From a virus (Duplodnaviria; Heunggongvirae; Uroviricota; Caudoviricetes), in the IMG/VR virus record IMGVR_UViG_3300045988_138358: 64,000 nucleotides of DNA. The stretch is one strand, 5' to 3'. Position numbers and translations under genes: made by a program. The notes under the pieces are model-generated. The model saw only the letters and a program-made list of their open reading frames with translations. It was not told where the DNA came from and did no database searches. Below are positions 1-10,465 of this stretch, piece after piece (the first letter of the stretch is position 1; each line of letters opens with the position of its first letter).

Positions 1-1487
1 GTACTCAACAGGGGGATCTTTTCACCGCTGGTACCGAGTTCTCTTAAACCAAGGTATTGGATAACAGCAAGAACGCTTGTTTTGGCCAGAATATCGCGAC
101 CGACTGACGTTAAGTCAGTCTGAGAAACAGTGTCTGTACCGGTAAAGTACGGCAATTTATTTGCGCCTGTCGCAAGACCAGCAAGCGCGGTTAAAGTTGC
201 ATCAAGTGGCTGTTTCCCTGCCAGCGCATTTGTCATTGTTGTCGCAAAGTTCGGGTCATTGCCCAGTGCTGCTGCAAGCTCATTCAGGGTATCAAGAGCT
301 TCTGGTGATGAACCAACCAATGCGGATATGGCAGCTCTTACATAAGCGGTCGTAGCAATCTGCGTGTTATTCGTACCCTGTGCAGCGGTAGGCGCAGTAG
401 GTATTCCCGTTAATGCAGGACTTGCCAAAGGCGCTTTGAGAGCTAGGACATTGTTGATAGTTGTGCTGAAATTCGGGTCGTTATTGATCGCAGCCGCTAT
501 TTCTTTCAGCGTATCCAGTGTGCCAGGTGCGCCGTTGATAAGTGCCGTTATAGCTGCCTTAACAAAGGCTGTATTTGCAATCTGCGTGCTATTTGTGCCT
601 TGTGAGGCCGTAGGTGCTGTCGGCGTACCTGTGAACGCCGGGCTTGCCAAAGGCGCTTTGAGAGCCAGGGAATTGTTGATAGTTGTGCTGAAATTCGGGT
701 CGTTATTGATCGCAGCCGCTATTTCTTTCAGCGTATCCAGTGTGCCAGGTGCGCCGTTGATAAGTGCCGTTATAGCTGCCTTAACAAAGGCCGCATTTGC
801 GATCTGTGTGTTGTTTGTACCGGGTTCAGGTGTCGGCGAAGTCGGCGTACCTGACAGATGTGGACTATCGAGCGGAGCTTTTGTATCAACCAAATCATGG
901 AGAGTTTTGACAGCCAGAGGTGTAGCCGCTTTTCTTTCTTCTGTACTGCTTATTTCATTAGAGAATTCGACACCAACAGCACGGTTAACCCGGTATTTAA
1001 GCACAATCATTTCTTTCGTCACAGCCGTTGCGCCGTTAGGCACGATAACTCGACATAATTCAATTTGATTCTGCCCAATAGTATTGTCCGTACGCGCGTA
1101 AATTCTTGCAGCACTGACAGAAGATGCGCTCTCTACCTGTGTCGTTTTTACACCATGTTCAAAATTGGCTTCCAGCACAATAATGTTGGTAGCCCCAGCC
1201 TTTACCGAGACAGTCACATCTTCTATTTGCTGAACGGATATCTGAACATTATTTACATCTACTGAAGCAGCCCCTTTACCTTCTGAGTTTTCAGAAGTTA
1301 TACGGACGCTCAACCCTGTGCCGGGAACTGGTTCAAATCCACAGTAAAAGCCCGGCAAAACAATATTTTTAAGTTTTCTGTTAAGAGCCGAACTACTATA
1401 GAGTTCGAAATATTGAACATCAGCAAGCAACGGCTGTGAGACACCAGAGGATAGTGTCATTATGTTGTTCGTTTTATCAGCACCCAT
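1..1487 (-). CDS. side tail fiber protein, N-terminal portion (gene runs off the window start)
   Basis: Manual minus-strand translation from ATG at 1487 (GAGGG 8 nt upstream): collagen-like fiber repeats (NTQIANTAFVKAAI, APLASPAFTGTPTAPTA) and a block KQPLDATLTALAGLA..GRDILAK..IQYLGL resembling lambda Stf/T4 gp37-type fibers as I recall them. Absent from ORF track because no stop lies inside the window. Confidence 0.65.
   Translation of the reverse strand, partial: MGADKTNNIMTLSSGVSQPLLADVQYFELYSSSALNRKLKNIVLPGFYCGFEPVPGTGLSVRITSENSEGKGAASVDVNNVQISVQQIEDVTVSVKAGATNIIVLEANFEHGVKTTQVESASSVSAARIYARTDNTIGQNQIELCRVIVPNGATAVTKEMIVLKYRVNRAVGVEFSNEISSTEERKAATPLAVKTLHDLVDTKAPLDSPHLSGTPTSPTPEPGTNNTQIANAAFVKAAITALINGAPGTLDTLKEIAAAINNDPNFSTTINNSLALKAPLASPAFTGTPTAPTASQGTNSTQIANTAFVKAAITALINGAPGTLDTLKEIAAAINNDPNFSTTINNVLALKAPLASPALTGIPTAPTAAQGTNNTQIATTAYVRAAISALVGSSPEALDTLNELAAALGNDPNFATTMTNALAGKQPLDATLTALAGLATGANKLPYFTGTDTVSQTDLTSVGRDILAKTSVLAVIQYLGLRELGTSGEKIPLLS
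397..840. repeat. tandem ~222-bp direct repeats inside the tail fiber gene (two near-identical copies plus a degenerate third upstream)
   Basis: Near-identical ~150-bp cores at ~421-570 and ~643-792 seen directly; coordinates approximate. Confidence 0.6.
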
Positions 1488-1489
1488 AA

Positions 1490-1936
1490 TCAACCCTCAA
1501 CTTGCTCGATTGTCATGAGAATACTGTAACGTTTACCTTTATAGAGGGTATCTTGCTGGGTGCAAAGCACACCAAAAGCCTGTTCCTCAGCATCAACAAG
1601 CACAAGCGTGTTAAAGTCGTAAGGCGTGTTATCCGGCATTCTTTCTTGAGGGAAGGCTGCGTTGATAGTGATAATCCCATCCACACTGGACAATATCAGA
1701 TCGGACGCAGCAAACTGTTGAGCGTTACTCAATTTAAAATCGAGTGGAATGTCCGCTATATTCCAGCCTCCTGCACCATTAGCAGTTACCAAACCAGATT
1801 TGCACCAATACGCCTTAGAGATAACAAAACGCGCACCTTTGCCGATCGCCGACTCAGCGCGGCGTGAATAATAGTAGGAAAGCAATTGCGCCTTATACAG
1901 GCGGTTACCATCTCTTGCCTTTAAATTTTCAGCCAT
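1490..1936 (-). CDS. hypothetical tail/baseplate-associated protein
   Basis: ORF track 148 aa; stop 2 nt before the tail fiber start, inside the baseplate gene run. Confidence 0.4.
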   Translation of the reverse strand: MAENLKARDGNRLYKAQLLSYYYSRRAESAIGKGARFVISKAYWCKSGLVTANGAGGWNIADIPLDFKLSNAQQFAASDLILSSVDGIITINAAFPQERMPDNTPYDFNTLVLVDAEEQAFGVLCTQQDTLYKGKRYSILMTIEQVEG

Positions 1937-2030
1937 ACGAACATAGCCCCTTCATAAGCAATGAACCAAAGGAAAGTATGCTCAGTTTGTGATTTCCGTT
2001 GTTCTTCCCCCAAATGCGGGGGAAGAATTA

Positions 2031-2876
2031 TTAAACAGGTTGAAGGTGATAATCCAAAGGCCACGCATCGAGTGGGGTTACATCAAGATGTAATTGCTTT
2101 TCTGCCGTTCTGTTCGGTATGGCGTTAAGAGAAATATTGTCTACCTGGCAGGAGGTATCATTACGGGATAGCATATCAGCCATACTCTCAGTAACATAAA
2201 CACCTTCAATTACCGAAACATCCGTAGACAAGCAATTTAGTATTTCAGCCACTTCAGGGAATACAGCACTAAGCCGAAACGAGACGCCATCAAAAACAAT
2301 ATGCAATGGCAACAAAGGGGCTATTACTGTTTCGAAGTCAGATAACAATTTCTGCACAGCGGCTTCTTTATCCTGCTCTCCATATGAGCGATATAGCTTG
2401 TTCTGATCAACAACGACCAGCCCCCTTGATGTCAGGAAGAACTCACCGAATTGAGCCTGTGCCGTAGGTATTTCTATTTCGGTCGCAAAATATGAACCAT
2501 AGGGGTGTTTTTCTATATTTACAGGTGCATACAGCGGTTCCCAACTAACAGGAATACAACCGAATTCACGCCAGAATGTCTGCTCAATAGGCAAGATAGT
2601 GCCTTTAAAGTGCACTTCATCTAAACGTTGCGCCAGCAGCATTGGCCTGCGGGCCTTATCTTTTTCAGTGATAACGAAAAAACGCCCGTATTCAGCAATG
2701 CGGGCATCCATATCCTCACTGTCCATAGTGAAGAAGGATTTTCTGTTACTTATTCTTGTTAATATTGGTTCTACTGCCTCATTCCAGACATCCTGTAAAG
2801 CGTCGATAAAGGCACTCCAGAGATGTGAATCCTGTTTTACTTTAGTTAATCGTTCCTTAAGCCAATTATCTTTCAT
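2031..2876 (-). CDS. hypothetical baseplate/tail-fiber-associated protein
   Basis: ORF track 281 aa; lies between the J-like gene and the fiber gene. Confidence 0.35.
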   Translation of the reverse strand: MKDNWLKERLTKVKQDSHLWSAFIDALQDVWNEAVEPILTRISNRKSFFTMDSEDMDARIAEYGRFFVITEKDKARRPMLLAQRLDEVHFKGTILPIEQTFWREFGCIPVSWEPLYAPVNIEKHPYGSYFATEIEIPTAQAQFGEFFLTSRGLVVVDQNKLYRSYGEQDKEAAVQKLLSDFETVIAPLLPLHIVFDGVSFRLSAVFPEVAEILNCLSTDVSVIEGVYVTESMADMLSRNDTSCQVDNISLNAIPNRTAEKQLHLDVTPLDAWPLDYHLQPV

Positions 2877-2886
2877 GCCAACCTCA

Positions 2887-4317
2887 TTACGGGTAAGAAA
2901 TGCTGAACGTTGAAGATTTCACGTCAAGATAAATGAAGTCATTAAAGTAAACAGCATCTTTCATATTTTGTATTGTTATGTCGTAAGACAGAAACATATC
3001 CAGAGACTCTATTACTCGCCAAATATCTTTGACTTTTACCTGCGCATAGCATTGCTGGGAATCATCATCACTCTGTAGCAATAAACTGAACGAGGACGAA
3101 TCACGCCCAAAATTATCTTCCAACGCGGCTTTAATGGCATTTTTAGCATCGTCTATCAGAACACTTTTACGTGCAATGCCAGTAAAATTTATCGTAAAAG
3201 GCTGTTCATTTGTATCTACATACTCGAACCGCTTGTTCAGTTCATTTGGAACATTCTCCAGGGCTTTAAGTATTTCTGACTTAAGTTGCTCCTGGCTTAC
3301 GCCCGGCTTATGTCCACAAAAGAAAATCTTATTGATGTTACGCACATCAAATCCTGTTATTTTTTCTTGTAACGCTTCACCCCACACGTTCAGCCATGAC
3401 GTACCGTGTACCACGTTCTGGATGAATTGACGGTAATCACCGCCCCATACGACTTGTTCATCATATGCAACATAATACTGTGCGCGATTTCGGGTTTCTT
3501 CTGTGGTTTCCATGCCACCGCCGCCAGTAATGATCGAATCGGTTTTAAACTCCAAAGACTCTATGTATTGGGCAATATTTCCAGCTGGTTCTAACTTTTG
3601 TCCTTCAGCCAAAGTATAGTCGCCAAGGCTAGCCATAACATCAATTCTAACCTGACAACCTGCTGGCGGCATCATACCCATAGATCCGTCACCAAATTTA
3701 ACGCCAAGTTGTTCCGTTGGCTTATATGCCAATGAATAGTGCTTACTTTTGTCTCTGGACATTCGAAATAATGGGTTGTAGATCCATTTTTCTTCTACAC
3801 CATTTGTAATAACATAAACATCAAGGCTAGAGACTTCTTTTGTTAATTCTCTGGAAAGCAACAACGTCAGGAATAGCGTTTCCTTTTCAATATCAAATGT
3901 AACGCTTACGGCTTCGTGCTGTTTGACTTCTACACCAGAAACAGTTTTTCCAGCAGGAACAACCACACTGTTAATAATTGCTAAAGGAGTTTGGTCGCTA
4001 GCAAGCAATTCTGCCCCGGCTGGTAACGTAATATCCCGATCAGTTTTATTGGTTATCGACGTTGTTCCGTATGAAGCACTAACAAATCGTCCTACGTAGC
4101 TACGGTCTTCAGCAACCGCCAAAATACTTGACCGGCGCGTAGCTGTTGAAATAAGCCCCTCAGTAAGACCACGACTTGCAAATGTACGAGCAATATAAAT
4201 AAGCTGTGCTCCGAACACAGCGTGCATCTGCACAAACTGACTGTTTACAAATCGTGACCACCATGTATTTTCATTTAGCTTGGCGTTAAATTTGTCCAGT
4301 AATTCTGTAATGGTCAC
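2887..4317 (-). CDS. baseplate J-like protein
   Basis: ORF track 476 aa; directly follows and overlaps the gpW/gp25-like gene, the usual W-J order; assignment by size and position only. Confidence 0.4.
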   Translation of the reverse strand: MTITELLDKFNAKLNENTWWSRFVNSQFVQMHAVFGAQLIYIARTFASRGLTEGLISTATRRSSILAVAEDRSYVGRFVSASYGTTSITNKTDRDITLPAGAELLASDQTPLAIINSVVVPAGKTVSGVEVKQHEAVSVTFDIEKETLFLTLLLSRELTKEVSSLDVYVITNGVEEKWIYNPLFRMSRDKSKHYSLAYKPTEQLGVKFGDGSMGMMPPAGCQVRIDVMASLGDYTLAEGQKLEPAGNIAQYIESLEFKTDSIITGGGGMETTEETRNRAQYYVAYDEQVVWGGDYRQFIQNVVHGTSWLNVWGEALQEKITGFDVRNINKIFFCGHKPGVSQEQLKSEILKALENVPNELNKRFEYVDTNEQPFTINFTGIARKSVLIDDAKNAIKAALEDNFGRDSSSFSLLLQSDDDSQQCYAQVKVKDIWRVIESLDMFLSYDITIQNMKDAVYFNDFIYLDVKSSTFSISYP

Positions 4318-4694
4318 GCGCCCACCCCGCTTGATTTCTGCATAACAATATCCATGCTTCCACCTTTCGCATAAAAACTAATTAATAAAGAATCTTCAGA
4401 AATGGATGTACAGCGAATCCCCTGCACATCTAAACCAGGTAGATCTTGTCGTAGTTTTGTCATCATTCTCCCTTCAATAGCCACTTCGACTATGTGCGAA
4501 GTTTCAGAGCCGAATGGTTCATGCTTAAATTCTTCCATTGGATTTCCCCAGGACGGTAACCCATAAACGCTTCCTTCCGGGGTTCGTAGCCACTCGTCAA
4601 GGCGAGCCATCCAGGCTGCTGTATTTCCCTCTGCAATAATGACACCGCTTTCGTTCGTTTGAAGTCTTGCGTCTATTTCGTAAAGCATCAGCAT
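4314..4694 (-). CDS. baseplate wedge protein, gpW/gp25-like
   Basis: ORF track 126 aa; LRTPEGS motif and size match the gpW/gp25 family as I recall it; overlaps neighbours on both sides. Confidence 0.5.
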   Translation of the reverse strand: MLMLYEIDARLQTNESGVIIAEGNTAAWMARLDEWLRTPEGSVYGLPSWGNPMEEFKHEPFGSETSHIVEVAIEGRMMTKLRQDLPGLDVQGIRCTSISEDSLLISFYAKGGSMDIVMQKSSGVGA

Positions 4695-7600
4695 TAATCC
4701 TCCAGCAGAGCATCCAGCGACGGGTCATTAATAGTTGTGCTCGCACGTGGTCGCGGCTGCGGCTGCGATGTTTTGACAACCTTATCTGGATCGCCTTTTG
4801 TATTATTTTTGTTCACATTCAGAAGGTCTTTCAGGATGGAACAGACGTTATCCAGCGCCTTCAACATAGCAGGATCGTTATTTGCAGTGTCAGTAGTTAA
4901 TGGTTGTCTTATTCCGCTTCGAGCAAGATCGGTTACAGTGGGAAGCTGTGGCGGCATAGCAAGAAAAGGTTCCTGCACGGCTGACGCAGTGCCAAATATG
5001 GCGTTATTTGCCTCAGTTGATATTCCTTTGATGCTATCGGCAGTTTGTTGAATGCCATTATTTAGCCAACCACCAGCACTTTTTGTAAGTGGGCTAATCG
5101 CCCTGGCGATTGTTGAATTCTGCCCTGTAGCCTGATAGACAAAATCATTTAATATGCCAGTGCCATCGATGCCACCAACAAGCTGTGAAACGTTATCACC
5201 AATTGCAGGTAATACAGCCGAACCAATGCGCTTTATGCCTGTTAATGACGAATCAAACAAAGAACCAAGAAATCCCTTATCTTCGCCGTCTATTACCTTA
5301 TTGCCATTGTCATAGACCGGAATCCCTTTTGAGTTTACAGGTGTTTTTTTATTCTCTGTTGGCTGTGCAGCGTCAGAGAGAAGATCGACCGAAGACATAT
5401 CGCGTTCAGGTGTCGGCCTTTTTTGTATAGCCTCCCTGATATCAGCTACCTGTGGTGCTTTTTTGAATCCAAAAGATTTTCCGGTTAAGCCGGATATTTT
5501 TTCAGTCAGAGCCTGATCCATTCCCTTCGCCTTTTCTGAAAGCGAAGATATAGAACCAAATGAAGTAGCCGACGCAAAATCCTTCACCAAGTCCAGACTT
5601 GTTCCAGCAAGACTGGTAGCCGCGCCGCCAAATAAATCACTTACTCCACTGATACCGCTTTCATTTATGGCGATTAACCGCTCAAGCAAACTCGATGGCG
5701 AGCCAGTATTAACATCAGCGTTCTCTGGAATAATCGGTTGTGGTCGGTTACCTGTTTTTTGTGGCTTTTTGGCTGCCTGGGCATGTTGTGCAACCTCAAT
5801 TGGCTTAGGTGTTGCTGTTGGGACTGCATTCAATACAGGTTGTGCCGGAGATGTACCATCAGCATATCTCACCTTGCGACCAACGCTATATTGCGAATCA
5901 CGAGCAATTAGCTGACCGCCATTCTCTTTCTGAATTTTATTAAGCCGCGCCAATGTTTCATCGGAGAAGCGCCCCTCCCAACGACCGGTATTTGCATTGA
6001 ACGCCCCAAGAGCATTCTTAATAAACTCATTATTAACCGCAGGGTTTCCGCCTTCTTTCGTCGCAATAGCACGAACTAATTGCGTCATAACCTCCGGGTT
6101 GCTGACATCTATTTTTTCATTAGGCGATACACCAAGATATTTACTGACGTTATCAATATATTGGTTAGTATTGTTCTCATTTGGCGGTGCCCATTTTGAA
6201 ATGATGCTGGATACTGTTTGCAGCTTCTGATACCCGGCGGCAGCACTTGTACCGTTGTAATAACTCGATACCTGGTTTGCCAATGCCCGAATCCCTTCTT
6301 CGGGCGTATTAAACCGCGCAAAACGCTGTTCGCCTTTCGCGTTCGGCGCTTCCAGTACCGCCCCCTCCTGATTTGCAAAAACCAGGTTCCCCAGGTTGTT
6401 ATTCCGGTAATTCCTGTTCTTGGCGTTGCTTCCGCCTATATTCAGATCAGCCGTTATTGTATTTTTTTCAGGCGCTTTAAATTCGTCTGGCGATTTGTAG
6501 CCGTGTTCACCCACGCCATCCTCACCACTGCGCCCGCCCTGTAGCTGTCGGGCCAGATCATTAATTGCGGCTACCGTTTGCTTGGTGCCATCTTCAACGG
6601 CTTTCTTAACCTGCGCAGTGCCTTCGCTGCTTGATGAGAACGATTCTTTTAGGCTGCTGAATACGTTTTTTGTCGTGTCTATAGAACTATTTATGCCACG
6701 AGCAATATCTCCAGTATCAAAATTCTGAAGTTTTTCACCAGCCCCCTCAAAGCCTAACGCAGAAATCCCTTTACCTATCAGGTTGGTTGCGCCAGAAACT
6801 AAGCCGCCCATATCAAGCACATTAGCTGTTGCGTAAGCCGATTTTTGCTGTCTGGACACAGCATCATCATCACTTAAGCCAAAAGCTGCCTTTTGCGCCT
6901 CTGTATCTGTGTAACCATCTATGGCGTCATATCCAGCCATTGCCAGCGAACCGATGATAGGGACCGCTCTTGCCGCTGTGGATGCTGCTGATTTAACACC
7001 TATTTTTGCTGCACTTTTGAGGGCTACAGATTCAGTTTTTTTCTTTGCAATGACTTCGCCGGTTTTAATGGTGGCATCTTCAGCCACAACACCAGCTGAC
7101 TTCACGGCCTTAGCAGTATTTTTTGTTTCCTTTGCAATCCCCTTTGATGTATCGCTGATAGTGCTTACATCTTTGGGTTTGCTGATCTTATTTTTAACTA
7201 CTTTTGCTGCTCCGACACCAGTGCCAGCCGCAGCGCTACCGGCAGCAACTTTTTCGCCAGCGGAGAGTGCTTTTTTCCCAAGATTGCGGCCTTTCCTTTT
7301 CGATTTGTTCCGTTTATTTTTTCCCGTCTGATCACCAATATTGATTTTATTTCTTCTGCTTGCTCGATTTTTCCAGAGATCACTTAAGCCGAACTTATTT
7401 CCAGAAGACACTGATTTCCGAAGCTTAACTATCTCGTCAGAAACATTTTCCAGACCATCAATTATTTTGTTGTCATTGGTCTGAAGGATTTTGGTTTGCT
7501 CTTCTACTGCTTGTGCGGATTTTGTCTCAACAGCGTTATTGAATGCTTTTGCAGATGTTGCTTTTTGAGAATTCACCGCCGCCGGATAAGTAATTACTGG

Positions 7601-8485
7601 TGATATCGCTTTCGAGGCTGATGTTTCTTTTTTCCCCTTTTCTACCAATTCTTTAAGAGATTCTGCTTTACCTGTGATCTCTTTAGTTATGTCGTACATG
7701 CCACGAGCCGCCATCCATAACGGCCCACCAGCACCGACACCAGCTGCATTTGTTAAAGACTCTTCACTGGAAGACTGATTGCCATCTACCCCCATAATGG
7801 AACCTAGCTTTCTGAGAAAGCCAGCGTGTAATTTTGCGTCGGCTTTACGTGCGTTCTGCAATTCTTTTTTTCTGGCTACATCCTCATTGCTTTTTTGGGA
7901 TACAAAACGTCCATTACTATCCCGCAGCGGGCCTTTTAGACTTTGGGGGGATTGTGGTTCAAGAGGGGCTGAATTAGCAGCTACCGGTATAAAACCGTCC
8001 GATTTTCGGATGGTCTGACGTGATTGCACGGAGCGAACACTTTCTTGTGTGTTCGTTGCAACGATAGAGCGGTCCACGGTTTGGTTTATCGGTGCCCTTT
8101 CCTTTTTAGCAGGGAGACGTTTTTTATATGGGTTAGTTTTGACATCTCTAACGCTATCAGATGTACTTTGCTCGTAGTCTTTACGCCTGCGTGATAGTCT
8201 GTTGCTAACTCTGCCTTGCCTTTCGTCCTGTTGCGTTATGGTGCTTGCCCCAGAAAGAATGGCGTCTTTTACCTCAGCAAGAGCTTTAAGTTCGTTTGTG
8301 CTCGCCCCCTGTATAGCGTCAATTATTGCGATACGGTCTTTATTCTCTTTCAAAATAACCTCTCTTTTGCCAGCGCGATCAACGTTTCCCGGCTTGAGCT
8401 TTGTATTTTTCTTCCAGGGCTTTTGACATATGGAGTGCTCGCCATTGCGGTAATTGTTCAACGTCGCTAACGGGCTGATATCCAT
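4694..8485 (-). CDS. tail tape-measure-like / large internal tail protein
   Basis: ORF track 1263 aa, Ala/Gly/Lys/Ser-rich low-complexity stretches, immediately upstream of the baseplate genes. Confidence 0.5.
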   Translation of the reverse strand: MDISPLATLNNYRNGEHSICQKPWKKNTKLKPGNVDRAGKREVILKENKDRIAIIDAIQGASTNELKALAEVKDAILSGASTITQQDERQGRVSNRLSRRRKDYEQSTSDSVRDVKTNPYKKRLPAKKERAPINQTVDRSIVATNTQESVRSVQSRQTIRKSDGFIPVAANSAPLEPQSPQSLKGPLRDSNGRFVSQKSNEDVARKKELQNARKADAKLHAGFLRKLGSIMGVDGNQSSSEESLTNAAGVGAGGPLWMAARGMYDITKEITGKAESLKELVEKGKKETSASKAISPVITYPAAVNSQKATSAKAFNNAVETKSAQAVEEQTKILQTNDNKIIDGLENVSDEIVKLRKSVSSGNKFGLSDLWKNRASRRNKINIGDQTGKNKRNKSKRKGRNLGKKALSAGEKVAAGSAAAGTGVGAAKVVKNKISKPKDVSTISDTSKGIAKETKNTAKAVKSAGVVAEDATIKTGEVIAKKKTESVALKSAAKIGVKSAASTAARAVPIIGSLAMAGYDAIDGYTDTEAQKAAFGLSDDDAVSRQQKSAYATANVLDMGGLVSGATNLIGKGISALGFEGAGEKLQNFDTGDIARGINSSIDTTKNVFSSLKESFSSSSEGTAQVKKAVEDGTKQTVAAINDLARQLQGGRSGEDGVGEHGYKSPDEFKAPEKNTITADLNIGGSNAKNRNYRNNNLGNLVFANQEGAVLEAPNAKGEQRFARFNTPEEGIRALANQVSSYYNGTSAAAGYQKLQTVSSIISKWAPPNENNTNQYIDNVSKYLGVSPNEKIDVSNPEVMTQLVRAIATKEGGNPAVNNEFIKNALGAFNANTGRWEGRFSDETLARLNKIQKENGGQLIARDSQYSVGRKVRYADGTSPAQPVLNAVPTATPKPIEVAQHAQAAKKPQKTGNRPQPIIPENADVNTGSPSSLLERLIAINESGISGVSDLFGGAATSLAGTSLDLVKDFASATSFGSISSLSEKAKGMDQALTEKISGLTGKSFGFKKAPQVADIREAIQKRPTPERDMSSVDLLSDAAQPTENKKTPVNSKGIPVYDNGNKVIDGEDKGFLGSLFDSSLTGIKRIGSAVLPAIGDNVSQLVGGIDGTGILNDFVYQATGQNSTIARAISPLTKSAGGWLNNGIQQTADSIKGISTEANNAIFGTASAVQEPFLAMPPQLPTVTDLARSGIRQPLTTDTANNDPAMLKALDNVCSILKDLLNVNKNNTKGDPDKVVKTSQPQPRPRASTTINDPSLDALLED

Positions 8486-8499
8486 ATAGAGTCAGGTTG

Positions 8500-9321
8500 T
8501 TAATAATGGTTAGCCATCCATTCAGATCTAATTGATGGGATAAACTCTCTATTGAGAAAGGGGACGTACAGTGTGGTTGTCACATCTGCACCCTCCTTAG
8601 CGTTTTTGCAATGTTGCGGAGGCAGGATCAGTCGGCTTGTGCCTCTCTCAATAGACATTTTCAGGCCGTGGCGTAGGTCTTTTTGCATAAGCTGTATGCG
8701 AGCCACAAGCGGAGTAAATTCGGTTTCAAGCGCCATGCTTTCAATGATGTCAAAGCGTCGGTTAGCGGCCTGCGTGAAGTCCTCCGGATCGTCTTCAAGC
8801 GCCGTGCATAAAGCGAGTTCAGCAATTCGCATCCGTGCCACGCCAGCACTGTATTCGGGGCTTTTCATATCAGTAAGTGACGCTCGCATTCGTTCAAGGA
8901 GTTCCGCGCCTTTCCCGGTTAATGGTTTAAGTATCCAGTCAGTTGGTACTCCATTTACTGGTACGTTGGTTTTCACGTAAGGAGGTACAGTGAGTATTTC
9001 TACTGTTTGGGCCAGGTCGCTCAGGTTAATATCTGCATGATGCGTATTACCGCAGTGACTGCACTCATAGGAGTAGGTCATTACTGCATCGGGGCGCGAA
9101 TTAACAAATATCCACCAAAGAGCAGTTCTGCGATCCTGAACTGTCCAGTTAGCACTGTCGTTAATTTCACCATCCTGCATAGAGTTAAGGTACTCTGTAG
9201 TAGTAGCCTCATCTTCTGCCGGGTTCAGGTCAGAATATTTCAGCGCATCCTTCACGGTAGGGGCGTGGAACTGAATTTCTGTCTCAGGACGGGAAGGCAA
9301 TGGGAATTTTGGAATGTTCAA
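8500..9321 (-). CDS. hypothetical protein with Cys/His cluster (YSYECSHCGNTHH)
   Basis: ORF track 273 aa; sits between the replicon and the tape-measure-like gene. Confidence 0.35.
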   Translation of the reverse strand: MNIPKFPLPSRPETEIQFHAPTVKDALKYSDLNPAEDEATTTEYLNSMQDGEINDSANWTVQDRRTALWWIFVNSRPDAVMTYSYECSHCGNTHHADINLSDLAQTVEILTVPPYVKTNVPVNGVPTDWILKPLTGKGAELLERMRASLTDMKSPEYSAGVARMRIAELALCTALEDDPEDFTQAANRRFDIIESMALETEFTPLVARIQLMQKDLRHGLKMSIERGTSRLILPPQHCKNAKEGADVTTTLYVPFLNREFIPSIRSEWMANHY

Positions 9322-9426
9322 TTATTCCTCCGAAAAGCAGGTATCTGTTCATTTTCCAGAGGATAGGGAGTGTGTGATTTGCGATGGGGACTGAATGAAG
9401 ATCTTTGCCGGTCGAGAAGCGATTAT

Positions 9427-9445
9427 TGAGGGTGATTTTTACACC
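9427..9445. repeat. iteron-like sequence, inverted orientation, upstream of the origin
   Basis: tgagggtgatttttacacc is the reverse complement of the iteron core. Confidence 0.45.
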
Positions 9446-9463
9446 TTAAGTGACGCTACTCAC

Positions 9464-9472
9464 ATATCCACA
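9464..9472. promoter_or_regulatory. DnaA box-like sequence (ATATCCACA)
   Basis: One mismatch to the TTATCCACA consensus; followed at 9473-9530 by an AT-rich stretch with CCTTTTT repeats, a plausible unwinding element. Confidence 0.45.
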
Positions 9473-9567
9473 GAGTATTTTTATAAACCTTTTTCCATTT
9501 TTAATCCTTTTTAGATCCTTTTTAGGCGTCGCTGGAGCCAGTAGTGGCGCGGGCTGTAGAGGAGGCT

Positions 9568-9686
9568 GGTGTAAGATTTGCCCTCAATTAAATACGATCG
9601 GTGTAAGATTTGCCCTCAAAAGGTGTAAGATTTGCCCTCAAAAGGTGTAGTAATTGCCCTCAAAGTGATGTAAAAATTGCCCTCAC
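9568..9686 (+). repeat. iteron array upstream of repA: five ~19-bp iterons (GGTGTAAGATTTGCCCTCA and variants), the last four on a 22-bp period
   Basis: Copies at 9568, 9600, 9622, 9644 and ~9667 seen directly. Confidence 0.85.
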
Positions 9687-9709
9687 CATTTGAAGGATCA
9701 CACAGGGTT

Positions 9710-10465
9710 ATGAACAGAGCGGAATTAACAGCAAAAGCCGTCAGCCTGATTGAGTCAGCGACACCTATTAGTCGTAGTTTGGCACAAGCCAATGAGATCA
9801 CGGAGGCTGCTTATCACCTGACTCGCGACCAAAAGCGACTGTTGTTTATTGTGGTGGGAAGACTTCGCTATGCTTCTAAGGATGGCGTTCTTGGTTCAGG
9901 TGCCTGTGAGTTGACGGTCAACGAATATGCAGAGATGTATAATTTGCCCTCTGCTGAAGCCAGCAAGGATATTCGTAAGGCCATTTCAGGGCTTAGCGAG
10001 AAGAAAGTTACGATATATAACCCTGATGAATCGACCGAATCAGAAGACAGTTATGAGTCTTATCCCTGGATGATTAAGGATGCCTATTCACCACGGCGCG
10101 GGACTTACATTATTCATCTTAATCCATATCTCATGCCGTTTTTTACTCTGCTTGATAAGAGATTCACAAGGCTGAATTTTACCGAAGTATCTCGCCTTAC
10201 AAATCCTTATTCTATGCGGCTTTATGAGTCCTTATGCCAGTACAGGAAGGATGATGGAAGCGGCTTTGCCATACTTGGCGTCGAATGGATGCGGGAGCGT
10301 TATGGGTTACCAAAAAGCTATCAGCGGTATGCCGAATTTAAGAGAAGTTTTTTAACGAAGGCTGTAGCAGAGATTGAAAAAAATACAAAAATGAAAATAG
10401 TCTTCTCAGAGGTGACGGAAGGCGGCAAAGTTACCAGGATAAAATTTACCTATCAGCAGTCTTAA
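9710..10465 (+). CDS. repA: iteron-binding replication initiator RepA (Rep_3-like)
   Basis: ORF track 9677-10465 begins at a TTG; the ATG at 9710 (MNRAELTAK..) is the likelier start. Flanked on both sides by iterons; sequence has the feel of RepA/RepE-family initiators. Confidence 0.75.
   Translation: MNRAELTAKAVSLIESATPISRSLAQANEITEAAYHLTRDQKRLLFIVVGRLRYASKDGVLGSGACELTVNEYAEMYNLPSAEASKDIRKAISGLSEKKVTIYNPDESTESEDSYESYPWMIKDAYSPRRGTYIIHLNPYLMPFFTLLDKRFTRLNFTEVSRLTNPYSMRLYESLCQYRKDDGSGFAILGVEWMRERYGLPKSYQRYAEFKRSFLTKAVAEIEKNTKMKIVFSEVTEGGKVTRIKFTYQQS

Noticed and set aside
364-1068. Plus-strand 234-aa ORF with internal repeats
   Set aside because: It is the antisense shadow of the minus-strand tail fiber gene, whose translation gives recognisable fiber motifs.
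9677-9709. TTG start for repA at 9677
   Set aside because: It lies inside the last iteron; the in-frame ATG at 9710 is more plausible.
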